A DNA stretch of 23,627 nt from Octopus sinensis (taxonomy: Eukaryota), in the NCBI RefSeq assembly GCF_006345805.1, contig NW_021836597.1:1-23627 (forward strand). The letters are read 5' to 3'. Below the pieces are notes generated by a model. The model saw only the letters and a program-made list of their open reading frames with translations. It was not told where the DNA came from and ran no database searches. The position numbers and the translations under genes are program-made. Positions 10,299-21,743 of the stretch are shown here, in pieces (within the stretch, counting starts at the first letter, position 1; each line of letters opens with the position of its first letter).

Positions 10299-11096
10299 AT
10301 TAGTTCGTTCCTCTAAGCTGTAAGTTAACCCTGCATTACAATCTAATACACATAATTTGTACTGGTGGCCGACACGGTTACTTTTTAACTGCTCAGTCTA
10401 TTTAGTAATAAGTAAACACAGTACGGGTTTGATGTTCTCTATATCGTATCTAGACACTTATAAATAACTCGGTTCACCTAATTGCTAGAAGGTATCACAA
10501 GTGTGTGACATAGTTGACAATCAGTGTACGCAACGGTACTGCTTAACTCTTAGAATTTAGTTCACCTAATTTTAAGTAGTTTTCCACGGTGTGGTATGTT
10601 CACTGTACCATGTCCGTGGGAATGACATTTACTTGTCAACAGTCGTCAACGAAAGCACAGAATACTTGCTTCTCTGTACAAGTGTCCATGATCAAGATAC
10701 TTCACTTTTAATAGAATTCGGTACATTTGGCTGCACCTAAGTACTGCACTATAATATAATTCATAGTATTGCGCCAATGTTCTAACAAAACATTTAAATG
10801 TCACACACAACAAATAGAAGAGTAAAATAGACAAGTAGACATAAAGACAGGAATCTTTTAGGGATCCAAGGATCGAGGTGTAGGAAGAAAGTTAGCTTCA
10901 AGCAAACTGTATTAAATATAAAAAGCAATTTTCAGGGACAACAGTGGTCTATTGAAACGGAAGGTTGTGGATTATTTTTCTTATCGAAGCACGATAAAAT
11001 TTTAAAAAGTTCTTTTTATATTTCACGGTAGGCAACCAGGGTTGCCAAGTATACGAATGAGAATACAAGATTTAAGGAATGGAGTAGATAAGATCC

Positions 11097-11295
11097 CGGC
11101 TACATATGTTTCATAGCGAATGGAACATCTGAAGTGGTAAATATCCAAGCGAGGTGTATACGGCAGGCTATTCTTCAGGCAAAGGATATCTTGTCAATCA
11201 AGATGTCCATGGTTTGAAGAGTAATCTGCGGTATACACCGCGCTTAGATATTTACCACTTCCGATGTTCCATTCGCTATGAAACATATGTAGCCG
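11097..11295. repeat. Fold-back inverted repeat, 97-bp arms, 5-nt loop
   Basis: 11097-11193 vs 11199-11295, ungapped, 12 mismatches. The outer 33 bp are perfect. Confidence 0.95.
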
Positions 11296-11300
11296 TTAAA

Positions 11301-11793
11301 TATAGAGATATTCTATTGACATTCAGTAATTTATTTGTATTACAATATTATATTAAACCCTATGAATATAATATTTAACGTAAAACATAACATAATATTG
11401 TATAAATAATTATGAAAACCGTAACAGTCCACAAATTGTTTCAGCTTATATATATGTTTTCTGATATACATAATCAGAGTTCAATTATGTCTATGCCACT
11501 TCAGGGTAGATCGTTTCAGAAAGACGAAATCCCGTCTGGAAAGGATGGTTGGATTGTAAAAAAAAGTTTCATAACCCAGACGATCTACCCTGAAGTGGCA
11601 TAGACATAATTGAACTGTGATTATGTATATCAGAAAACATATATATAAGCTGAAACAATTTGTGGACTTTTACGGTTTTCATAATTATTTATATAACGTT
11701 ATATTATGTTTTAAGTTAGATATTATATTCATAGTATTTAATGTAACATTGTATTATAAATAAATTATTGAATGTCAATAGAATATCTCTATA
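11301..11793. repeat. Fold-back inverted repeat, 214-bp arms, 65-bp spacer
   Basis: 11301-11514 vs 11580-11793, ungapped, 15 mismatches by manual count (about 93% identity). Confidence 0.95.
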
Positions 11794-11972
11794 ATTAATT
11801 TTTCTTTATTATTGAATTATACCAATAGATAGACAGACAGACATCATACATATATACATGAATACGTTTACTCGTTATGAAGTTGTGATGACTTCCAGCC
11901 TATTTTGTTTGAATTGTCTTGTATTTGTTGTCCCCTTTCTCCTCTCTTTCCTCTTTCTTTTAAACCCAACAG

Positions 11973-12176
11973 GGGCAAGTTTGGCGAGGTGAAAATCTGT
12001 ACAGAACGGCAAACAGGCCAAGAGTTTGCAGCCAAATTTGTGAGTGTCCGTGGAATGCAAGGTCGGAAAGATATCCGAAATGAGATAGAAATAATGAAAA
12101 GTCTTCGTCATCCCAGACTTCTGCAAATGTACGATGCTTACGAACGAAGAGATAAATTTTGTCTCGTTTTAGAATT
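11973..12176 (+). CDS. MYLK: MLCK-like kinase coding exon B (subdomains I-V)
   Basis: Long polypyrimidine tract plus cAG (11971-11972) and donor TT|GTAAGT. Encodes GKFGEVKICTERQTGQEFAAKFVSVRGMQGRKDIRNEIEIMKSLRHPRLLQMYDAYERRDKFCLVLE(L), with the Gly loop, AAK catalytic Lys and alphaC Glu. 204 bp, phase 2-2. Confidence 0.95.
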
Positions 12177-12310
12177 GTAAGTATTTAATTTTTGTCTACT
12201 TATATTTTGTTTATTTTCATCATCATCATCATCATCATCAAATTGATAAATAGGGTAAGATTTATGATTAGTGTTAGGGTTAGGCTTAAAGCCATGTCTG
12301 AAGATATCCA

Positions 12311-12490
12311 CATATTGGTTTCAAATTTTGGCCCAAGGCCAGCAAGGAGAAGATAAGTCGGTTACATCTACCCCAGTGTTCAACTGGAACTTATTTTATC
12401 GATCCAGAAAGGAAGAAAAGGAAAGTCGATCTCGGTGGCATTTGAACTCAGAACGTAAAAACGGACGAAATACCGCTAAGCATCTTGTTC
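12311..12490 (-). mobile_element. SINE family B copy
   Basis: On the - strand: CTTAGCGGTATTTCGTCC...TCTGAGTTCAAATGCC (B box)...CTTTCTGGATCGATAAAATAAGTTCCAG...GGCCTTGGGCCAAAATTTGAAACCAATATG. Confidence 0.8.
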
Positions 12491-12538
12491 ACCCCCTTAT
12501 GAAGATACACACACACACATACATTATATATACGTGAA

Positions 12539-12872
12539 GGCGCATGGCTCAGTGGTTAGAGCGTCGAGCTTACGATCGTGAGGTTGTGAGCTCGAATCCC
12601 GGACCGGGCTGCGTGTAGTGTTCTTGAGCAAGGCACTTTATTTCACGTTGCTCCAGTTCACTCAGCTGTAGAAATGAGTTGCGACGTCACTGGTGCCAAG
12701 CTGTATCGACCTTTGTCTTTCCCTTGGATAACACTGGTGACGTGGAGATGGGAGGCTGGTATGCTTGGGCGACTGCTGGTCTTCCATAAACAACCTCGCC
12801 CGGACTTGTGTCTAGGAGGGTAACTTTCTAGGTGCAAGCCCATGGTCTGTGTCGTGACCGAAGGGGGTCTCC
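12539..12872 (+). mobile_element. Well-preserved tRNA-derived SINE (family C, CORE-like central domain)
   Basis: tRNA-like head GGCGCA-TGGCTCAGTGG (A box)...GAGCTCGAATCCC (B box), followed by GTGTTCTTGAGCAAGGCACTT (CORE-like). Flanked by TA-rich tracts. Confidence 0.85.
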
Positions 12873-12995
12873 GATATATTTATATATATATATATATATA
12901 TATATAAATCAAAGGGTAATCTGAAATAGAAAGTTCCATTACCACTGGCCTAGCGTGTAAAATTGTAGCCAATAGACTATATATTATTCATATAA

Positions 12996-13193
12996 ATACA
13001 GTGTACATTTAAACACATAAGAGGTATCCATCATAGGACTACCTGCACGCTAGAGAGGACAGTTAAATTCCAAATCACTATTAGGGATAAAATTTCGAAG
13101 GGCCCTAATAATGGTGTAGAATTTAACTGTCCTCTCTAGCGTGCAAATAGTCCTATGATGGATACCTCTTATGTCTTTAAATGTATACTGTAT
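12996..13193. repeat. Fold-back inverted repeat, 91-bp arms, 16-nt loop
   Basis: 12996-13086 vs 13103-13193, ungapped, 8 mismatches. Adjacent to a TA/CA tract. Confidence 0.95.
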
Positions 13194-13675
13194 ATACATA
13201 CATACATATATATATATATCCACAAAATATTATTTGAGATAATATATACAAAATCATTATTTGTATGAATACAAAAAATGATTTGGTTATATATGTCATG
13301 AGGAGTTAATTCATAAATAATTTGTAGCTGTATAGATTTTTAAAAAATAACTTGAAACTCTTTATGAAGTTGAAAAATCCCAGGATCATCAAGGTTTTTT
13401 GTCATCTTTTAAGCACCCACGTTTCCAACGTATTAAACACGAGTTCACAGAATTTCTGACGATGAGAGTGAACGCTAAATATCTGATCTCTCCAAGCGGA
13501 GATATAGCACGCAGGTCATTTCTATTTGAAAGAAACCATTTTCCACCTTTTTAATCGTTGTACAATCTTCCCACGATATACATAGGCAAGAACGATAAAC
13601 ATTACTTTTGTTTACATCTTTCGTTCACACACACTCATACACATCTACTATTTCTCTCTTTCTCTCTCTCTCCCC

Positions 13676-13716
<41 letters not shown>

Positions 13717-13736
13717 TCTCATTCACACATGCACTC

Positions 13737-13914
13737 AAACACAGTATATGCTTTTATATGCTACTATTAGTTTCATGTGCTGAGAGCAAGCCAGATATTG
13801 TTTTTAACAGTGCCTGATGATTGTGCTAGGACACCAGACATGTTAAAAAACACTGTCTGGCATGTTCACATGACATGAAACTAATAGTAGCACATAAAAG
13901 CATATATTGCGTTT
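13737..13914. repeat. Imperfect fold-back inverted repeat (about 178 bp)
   Basis: TATATGCTTTTATATGCTACTATTAGTTTCATGT...GCCAGATATTGTTTTTTAACA pairs with TGTTAAAAAACACTGTCTGGC...ACATGAAACTAATAGTAGCACATAAAAGCATATA. Loop is about 12 nt. Confidence 0.9.
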
Positions 13915-14255
13915 ATTAAATGATATTTATCTCTCACCAGATGGAGCACTTTTTTGTTGATCTTACCATCACAAAACAATACACTATATATGCGTGTTTG
14001 TGTGTGTGTGTGTGTGTATTATGTATGTATGTATATATATGTATGTATGTATGTATGTATACACACACACATATTTGTATGTTAGGGAAGGAGAGGAAAG
14101 TGTCATAGAATTGTCGAAATTACCTTCGGGAAACGTTCACCTGACTAAATTCTGTTTATTGATAGTATATTACATTCGTCGATCGAAAATTATGTATGTT
14201 TAGACGTTCATTCTTTACTGTCCTCATAGATAAATATCTCGTTCAATGCTTTCAG

Positions 14256-14397
14256 GGTTTCTGGTGGAGAGCTATTTGAACGTGTCATCAATGAAGATTT
14301 CTATTTGACGGAGAGAGCCTGTGTGATTTTCCTCAGACAGATCTGTGAAGGAGTTGAATTCATACATTCGAAAAATATTTTACACCTGGATATGAAA
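14256..14397 (+). CDS. MYLK: MLCK-like kinase coding exon C (subdomains V-VIb)
   Basis: Acceptor ctttcAG (14254-14255) and donor AAA|GTATGT. TT+G completes Leu, then VSGGELFERVINEDFYLTERACVIFLRQICEGVEFIHSKNILHLDMK. GGELFERV and HLDxK are typical of the MLCK/titin-kinase family. Confidence 0.95.
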
Positions 14398-15479
14398 GTA
14401 TGTTTCTCATATTCTCACCCATATCCGCTCTCTCACTCTCTCTCTCTCTTTCTCTCTCCCTTCTTCTATCAGTCTTTCCCTTTCTTTTTTTACCCTCCAC
14501 TCTTCTTGTCTTATCACTCCGTTTTCCTTTCTATGTATTTTTTTCATTTTCATTTTCAACATGTGATAAAGTGAATATGGAAGATAGCTATTTTCAGAAA
14601 AAGAGTCCCAGATTTTCTTTTCCGATATTATTACCTCAGTGGAATAATAAAGGCTTCTATGAAATGATAGTTTACAGAAGGAGGAATCGAGATGATAAAG
14701 GACTAGATTTAATATAAATTAAATCTAGGCAGGCTTTCAACTCATAAGAATTAGACACCAGTTGAAATACTGAAAAAACAAATGATAGCAACTATCTATC
14801 ACCACGACCTCTCTGTTCTTGTGTACTTGAGTATATAACTAAAGTAATTTGAAGTGAGGTAGATGTAATGCTTAAATAACTTCCCTTGCTATGAGTACCG
14901 AAAAGGAATATCGCATTTCATGTCATTGCATTCAAATTATATCGTAAAAATATTCGTTCAAAATATAATCGCCATCACTGGCAATGACACATTTTCTCGC
15001 CTCGAAACCATTTTTCTGATTCCTCGGGGGGAAAACGACAGGTTCTTTAGAAAGAGAAAAATGTTTGGAGTACCGTTTCAACACCGATCCGAATTTTTAA
15101 TGTTTTCTACGGGTAAAGTGTTCAATTGACCTGAATAAGTGAAAACCTGATAGATCTAAATCTGATTTGTATATGAATATATCTTTGTATATGAATATAT
15201 CAAATGAATATATCTTTTCTTGAGTTAACTTTGCTGAATGTGGTCTTATATTATCATGTTGTAGGGTGAGATACCTACTCCCTTTCTCTATACATTTTCC
15301 CAGTTTGCTTGAGACAATCTTGCACAGTGGACCAAGGTTTGCTAAGTATAAGTTCCTGATACTTTGACCGGACGCTTTTGTAGTATAACGCCAGTCTCTT
15401 AGCGCGAAAATACTACGCTACTTTTCGCTATCCCTAATATGTGGCTAGTTTTATAAAGTCGGTGTGACTGACATTCAAC

Positions 15480-16220
15480 TTTTACAGGCTGAACATTGGT
15501 TCTATTTCTGGGGGGAGATAGAATGGGGAGACACAGAACAAATTGGGAAGGGGAAAAGAGGTAGGTGTTTCGAGTGGGTTTGGTAGAGTTTGGTTGGTTT
15601 GATACATATGTAACTAATACAGAGAAGTAGAAAACGTCAAAGTAGTGATAGAAAAGGTCAAGAAAGAATACAGCACGTCTGCGTAATAAGTGTCACAGTG
15701 TGTTAATGGTTTGAGTTTTGTCAGTCATTTGGATAGGTGTTTTATACAGTATGATATATCTGTCTGTGTAGCAATTGCTTTGGCTTAGACTTGTGGACAA
15801 TGCTGCAAATGGAGAAATCGTGCATTTTATAGAGCTAGTTGCTGAACATGGCCTACATGTTTTATAATCTGATACGGTTATCTGGTCTTTGGAGTGTTAT
15901 TTGATTACATTATTGATATGTGTTCGTCATGATAGACGAAGAGGAATTATGATGTCTAACTTTGCATGTTCATGAGTAAGATGTAGTGTTGTGTTTCCTT
16001 AGTATGCATGGTGAGTGACAACGTCTTGATATTTTTAAGTAATACGAACATATCACAACTTCATCGGAAAATATTTTCGAGGTGACTATTCACAGAAGTA
16101 AGGTATATTTAGCACAAAATGTTTAGGCTGTATGTGGATGGCATATATGAACTAAAGCTATTTTAAAAATGTAGGGAGGGAAATGTGTTGGTGCAAAGAA
16201 GTATCTGCGTGTGTTACAAA
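15480..16220 (-). mobile_element. Highly decayed CR1/L2-type LINE ORF2 C-terminal fragment
   Basis: - strand peptide remnants HADTSLH (YADD-like, near 16200), LS*RTHINNVIK (near 15920) and LLRRRAVFFLDLFYHYFD (about 15640-15690). These resemble CR1-clade LSWxxHI and L.HRR.V..L.LFYRY motifs. Boundaries are approximate. Confidence 0.5.
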
Positions 16221-16289
16221 TTGCGTCAAATATATCGTTATGTAGTGAAAGGTAAAAGTGGGAGATATAATCGAAGACTTGGGACCATA

Positions 16290-16749
16290 AAATTCTATTA
16301 ACTTTCTATAAAGTTCACATGAACCCCACAGTGAAATACTGCACCTATACCTGAGCCGGCTCTACTACCCCACATACAAACAATATTGACTGCAACCAAA
16401 TAAAAGCTATCTGGCTCATCGATGTGGTCGAATTTACTCACCAACACGCTCTAGCCTCTTGCCCCTAGAAGCATTTTCTATTCAATATGTTCTTCTACAC
16501 GTCGATACTAGCTGGTATCATACCACTTCCGCCCTACACATTTATATTTCTCATCACGAACACTACACACAATCCTTTCCACCCAGAACGCTTGACCTCT
16601 GGGATACTCTTCCCGCCAACGTTTTTTTCCTCCCATAGTATATTTGTAGCTGTTCAGGTTCAGCATCGATCTGAACAGCCATGGAGGACCTACGAAGCTC
16701 AAGGATACAGATCTGGTCCTTCTTTTTGACTGATGCAATAAAAAAAAAA
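16290..16749 (+). mobile_element. Decayed CR1/L2-type LINE 3' end with A-tail
   Basis: ILLTFYKVHMNPTVKYCTYT*AGSTTPHTNNIDCNQIKAIWLI resembles LYKxxVRPxLEYCxxxW..LDRIQxRAxRLI. HYTQSFPPRTLDLWDTLPANVF resembles SFFPRT..LWNSLP..VF. Ends in AATAAAAAAAAAAA. Confidence 0.75.
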
Positions 16750-16847
16750 CAGGAGCCTTAACTATGTATGATGGCGTGATTTGAGGGGAAATATCCAATC
16801 GAAGGGATTGAAGCGGATGCTCTCTTTCTCTCTCTCACCCTCACACA

Positions 16848-16898
<51 letters not shown>

Positions 16899-18141
16899 TA
16901 TCTCTCTCTCTCTATCTATCTATCTCTATCTTTCTATCTATCTATCCCATCTGTCTATGTATCACGCTTTTTCATTTCTCCACAAACCTTTCTTCTTTAT
17001 CTCTTCAGCATGCAGCATGCATCAACTAAATGCATTAAATAGCATCGTCTGCATAATCGTTATTTCCATCATCACCACCATCATCAACACCACTTATGTA
17101 ATCAGCATCATGCATTATATTGTTGTTGTTGCTATTATTTTATCAATACTACAACCATCATCATCATGATCCTTATTGGTATCATCATCATCATCATCAC
17201 CATCATCATCATCGTGATCACAATATAACACAGCTTCTCTGGTTCTCCCCTTCAATGTTCGTTCGGCTGAGTGTCATTGGCCAGAAAAATGGCTGACTGA
17301 ATGGCGCCATGTTCAAGATTTGTTAGTATATATTTCTGCTGTTGACATACATTTCTGGTGCTGAGAAAAAGAAATAAGAAGATATGTATTGAGATAAACT
17401 ATTAGACTTCATAAATGCCTCACGTGATCAGTAGCTCAACGCAGCCATTATACACGGGTATTTAAGTATGACTAATACCACAAATACACACACTCACATA
17501 TACACATACAGACAAACATACATACAGAAAAAAATGCACACATACACACACAGATATAGACACTTGCAAACATCACGCATATACACATACTCATACACAC
17601 GCATAAAGAGACAGAGAGAAGTACGTACATATTCACTCACGTGATTATATATAGATATATGCATGTATGTGTGTGTATATATATAGATATATATATATAT
17701 ATATATATACTTTGATACTTTGATAGGTTTCGGCCATTATTGGCCCAGGCCATGTCTAACTTAATAGCACCACCTGGTATATATATTTATATATATACGT
17801 GTGTATGTATGCATATATATGCTTATGTACATATGTATCTATACGTCAGCGTATAAGTGTGTTTATATATGCGAGTATGTATGTGTGCGCCTGTATACAT
17901 GTGTGTATGTATATGCATATACATATATATATGTATGTGTATATACATATATATATATATATAAACATGTATGTATATATATCTATGTATATATCTACAA
18001 AAGTATGTATACGCGTGTGAGCATGCATGTGCGTGCATATGTGTTGTGTGTGTATGTGTGCGTACGTGAGTGTGTGCGTTTGTGTGTGTGTGTGCGTGCG
18101 TGAGTGTGTTCGTTTGTGTGTGTGTGCGTGAACGCGTGTGT

Positions 18142-18187
<46 letters not shown>

Positions 18188-18326
18188 GTGTGTGTAGACA
18201 CACACAGACTATTGTCAGCAGTTAGGATCTCATTCGGCTACTGTTTGTTTCGTGTAATGATGCAATAGTTACACAATACAACCATTTAGTCAATGTCTTT
18301 ATGTGTATATACATATATATACAGAT

Positions 18327-18407
<81 letters not shown>

Positions 18408-18989
18408 CTGTATATATATATATACGAGTGTGTGTGTGCGCACACACATATATACATGCGCTTATATTCCCCGATAGCATCATTACTGCTTGATACCACT
18501 GAGTTTGTTGAAATGAGACCCTCCAAGAGCATTCCTGCTTAAAAACCTGACAAACAGGCTATTACGTTATACTATCAATTACTTACATGCATACATGCAT
18601 GCACACATACATACACACACACACACATACATACATACATACATACATACATACATACATACATACATGCATGCATGCATGCATAAATACATACATACAT
18701 ACACACATACATACATACATACATACATACATACTACATACATACATCTAATACATACATACATACATACATACATGCAACATACATGCATGATGCATGC
18801 ATAAATAAATACATACATACATACATACATACATACTACATACATACATACATACATACATACATACATACATACATACATACATACATACATACATACA
18901 TACATGCAGTTAAACATACATATATACATATGTACGACACCAAAAATAGCGCTGGTCACAATATTCTCACAGAACATAAGGATGGCGTT

Positions 18990-19570
18990 TGGTCAGGGTA
19001 AATGTTCATAAGAAACCTTATTGGCCATACTAGAAATATATATATCAATGACCTGTTTATCCCCACTATTTTCAATGATGATTGCTGCAAGTATCACGCA
19101 GTAGACGGGGATGTTATATCCACTGGTGCTGTGAATAAAGATAGAGTATCTGCATTGAATCAGAGTTATCCGCACTTAATCAGAGCTATTTGCATCCAGT
19201 CAGCCCATATCTCAAATGCCTTTTACAATGGCGATGCTGATACTAGCGTTTGAGATACCATACTCGAAAAAAACCACAAATTGAATATTAATATTAGAAA
19301 CATATGAACGAAAATTGGAATGGAGAGAGGCTATATGGTCATGCACTGTATCACTTGGATAACACTTATTAAAGGGAGAATTGAGTACAGTATACATGTA
19401 CTCAACAGAGACAGATAATATCCATTACATAAGTGAGACTACATCTCTACACAGGCACCTTGAATATGTACGTACAGTAACACACTTTTATATCATAAAT
19501 CACTGGAATTGTCTTGACTCAAACAAAGAAGCCTTGTCATATAAATTCTTTAAAGAACTTAAACAAAACT
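18990..19570 (+). mobile_element. Decayed CR1-like LINE reverse transcriptase remnant
   Basis: NLIGHTRNIYINDLF..FNDDCCKY resembles GPLLFNIYINDL..FADD. Downstream HFYIINHWNCL..ALSYKFFKEL resembles RIINxWNxL..AxSxxxFK. Confidence 0.5.
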
Positions 19571-19766
19571 CAGAGAAGAAACATACAAATATATTTATGC
19601 GTATGTGTGTATGAATGTGTGAGCATGTATATATGTGTGTGCGCGTGCAGATGTAAATGAAAGAAGACAATCCTCTCCCTCTCTCCCTCTGTCTCTCTCT
19701 GTTCTCTCTGTTTCTCTCCCCCCCTCTCTCTTTCTTTCTATTTCTCTCTCTCTCTCTCTCTGTCTA

Positions 19767-19824
<58 letters not shown>

Positions 19825-19873
19825 TTAAATCAAAGTAAGCAACAGGATATAAAGTAGTAATGCAGTACTACCG

Positions 19874-20249
19874 TTTCAAGCGGCTCCATTTAACTGACCG
19901 ATGCAATCATTACATCAATTTAAATGCAGTTCTATCTTCAGCTGCACAAGTAAATAAATAGAATTTTAAGAAGTAGGACACATTAATACAATTTTTCGTA
20001 AATGTGTTTTAAGAAAAGTTATATTAGTGTGTCCTCTTTAAAATTTCAAGCGACTTCATTTAATTGGACAATGCAATCATCACATCAGTTTAAATGCACA
20101 AATAAATAAATGGAATTTTAAGAATTAGAACACATTAATATAACTTTTCTTAAGAAAAATTTAAGAAAAATTGTATTAATGTGTCCTGCTTCTTAAAATT
20201 CCATTTATCTATTTGTGCAGCTGAAGATAGTACTGCATTTAAATTGATG
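19874..20249. repeat. Nested direct and inverted repeat
   Basis: Direct repeat units start TTTCAAGCG at 19874 and 20044. 19913-19997 is inverted at 20165-20249, and each unit has its own internal palindromic part. Confidence 0.9.
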
Positions 20250-21005
20250 AAATGAGTCTTGAATTTCTTTTCCGCTGGCGATTCTGGATGTTTCTATTCC
20301 ACATTCTGCGTTTTCGATTCTGGCTCAAAGTAATGGATCCAGGTCTCATCTCCTGTGACTGTTCACTCCAAAAAAATCTTCGCCTCATCATTGTAGCGGT
20401 CGAGTAAGCGTTGTTCAGACATCCACATAATTACACTTATGCGCTTTGGTAAACTCTCTTGGCACCCATATCACACAGACTTTACGGAAGCGAATCTTGT
20501 CGTGAATAAATTCGTATAAAGAATCATGACTAACTTGCAGAAAACATACCACTTCATCGATAGTCACTCGCTGGTTCGCCAGAACCATCTCTCGAGTTAG
20601 ATGAATTTTCGCGCCAGTATTGGAGACTGATCGGCGTTCTGCTTGCTATTCGTACTTTGGGCTTGTCTAACTATTTTCAAACTTCTCGATCCACTCATAC
20701 ACACTTCTAAGCAGTAGAACACTGCCCCCATATTGTACTGCAAGCCTGCGATGAATTTCAGCCTCTGACACACTTTCACACCAGAGAAGTCGGATCGTTG
20801 ATCTTTTTTTTTTCTTTGCTACACACTGCCAGCGGAGCGACTACGTTTACTCTGTAACGCAAGAAGGGAAGCTGATGTAATTGAAATCAAACGTCGTTCA
20901 CTTAACCACAAGAGTACCACAGTTTAGAACGTGGATGCAGGAGGCAGTGCGGCCATCCTAAATGGAATTTTGGTGAAAGTGCGGGTAACTTCTGTCTTGC
21001 CTTCG
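20250..21005 (-). mobile_element. Decayed, 3'-truncated mariner (Tc1/mariner) element
   Basis: - strand peptides IRLLWCESVSEAEIHRRLAVQYG, MVLANQRVTIDEV..KVCVIWVPREFT and VTGDETWIHYFEPESK, with stops and frameshifts. One TIR-like end CGAAGGCAAGACAGAAGTTACCCGCACT (20978-21005). Confidence 0.9.
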
Positions 21006-21569
21006 TGTTGTGTAAACAAATGTTTCAATATATATATATATATATGTATGTCATCCATGCATACATAAATACCCGCAAAGAATCTAACCATAGATGTTAA
21101 ACAAAACATAATTAAAAAAATACACAAACGGACACATAGATGTTTATGCAGTCTTTGAGCACCCACCGAACTATCCCATAGCACCACTGCACACATTCCA
21201 AATCTACAAGAACTCTAACTTCAAAACATATACACATTTTTCCCATACACAATTTTCGAGTAAAATTCTTATCGCTTTACAACCCTCTCGGAGATGGTGC
21301 TTTGGTGCCTAGGGTCTTAACTTTTAATTTAACCCATGCTCTGTTTGTTTCATCGTCCTTTTCATCGCAACCACAAACCGGATATCTTTTCACCTCCAGT
21401 AATAGAGAGCAATAGCCATATTTCATTCTATAACTGCCATCTGTGAAAAGTGCGGGGTTATATAATCGGCCTGTTACCTAACACTCCGTTGAACCCCGAG
21501 TGCGAAACCGATTGGTAAGATCGGCCGTAATGGATATATAATACTGTACACTTCGGTTAATGAATGTGT

Positions 21570-21616
<47 letters not shown>

Positions 21617-21627
21617 GTGTGTGTGTA

Positions 21628-21743
21628 TGCTCATAGATTTAGAGATATAGGTATGCATACAGACACACATACATACATGCATACCTAGCGACATATATAT
21701 ATATATATATATATACCTATATCTCTAAATCTAACTATGAGCA
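21628..21743. repeat. Short inverted repeat enclosing a microsatellite
   Basis: TGCTCATAGATTTAGAGATATAGGTAT ... ATACCTATATCTCTAAATCTAACTATGAGCA, with a 4-bp indel. Confidence 0.85.

Noticed and set aside
12539-12612. tRNA gene
   Set aside because: A and B boxes are present, but the acceptor stem does not pair well, there is no oligo-T terminator, and it continues into a CORE-like SINE body.
15166-15216. Short tandem duplications (18-mer here; also 518-547, 5345-5372, 5622-5650) and an 11-bp-arm palindrome at 14703-14728
   Set aside because: These are ordinary slippage products or chance events in AT-rich DNA.
17725-17775. Hammerhead-like GGCC-AATAAT-GGCC-GAAAC on the - strand
   Set aside because: It lacks CTGANGA and is better explained as a variant of the family A SINE 3' tail (gtttc..ggccatg..agcaccacc).
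21100-21540. Possible Tx1/L1 LINE 3' remnant on the - strand
   Set aside because: Only vague peptide resemblance, not supportable without a database search.
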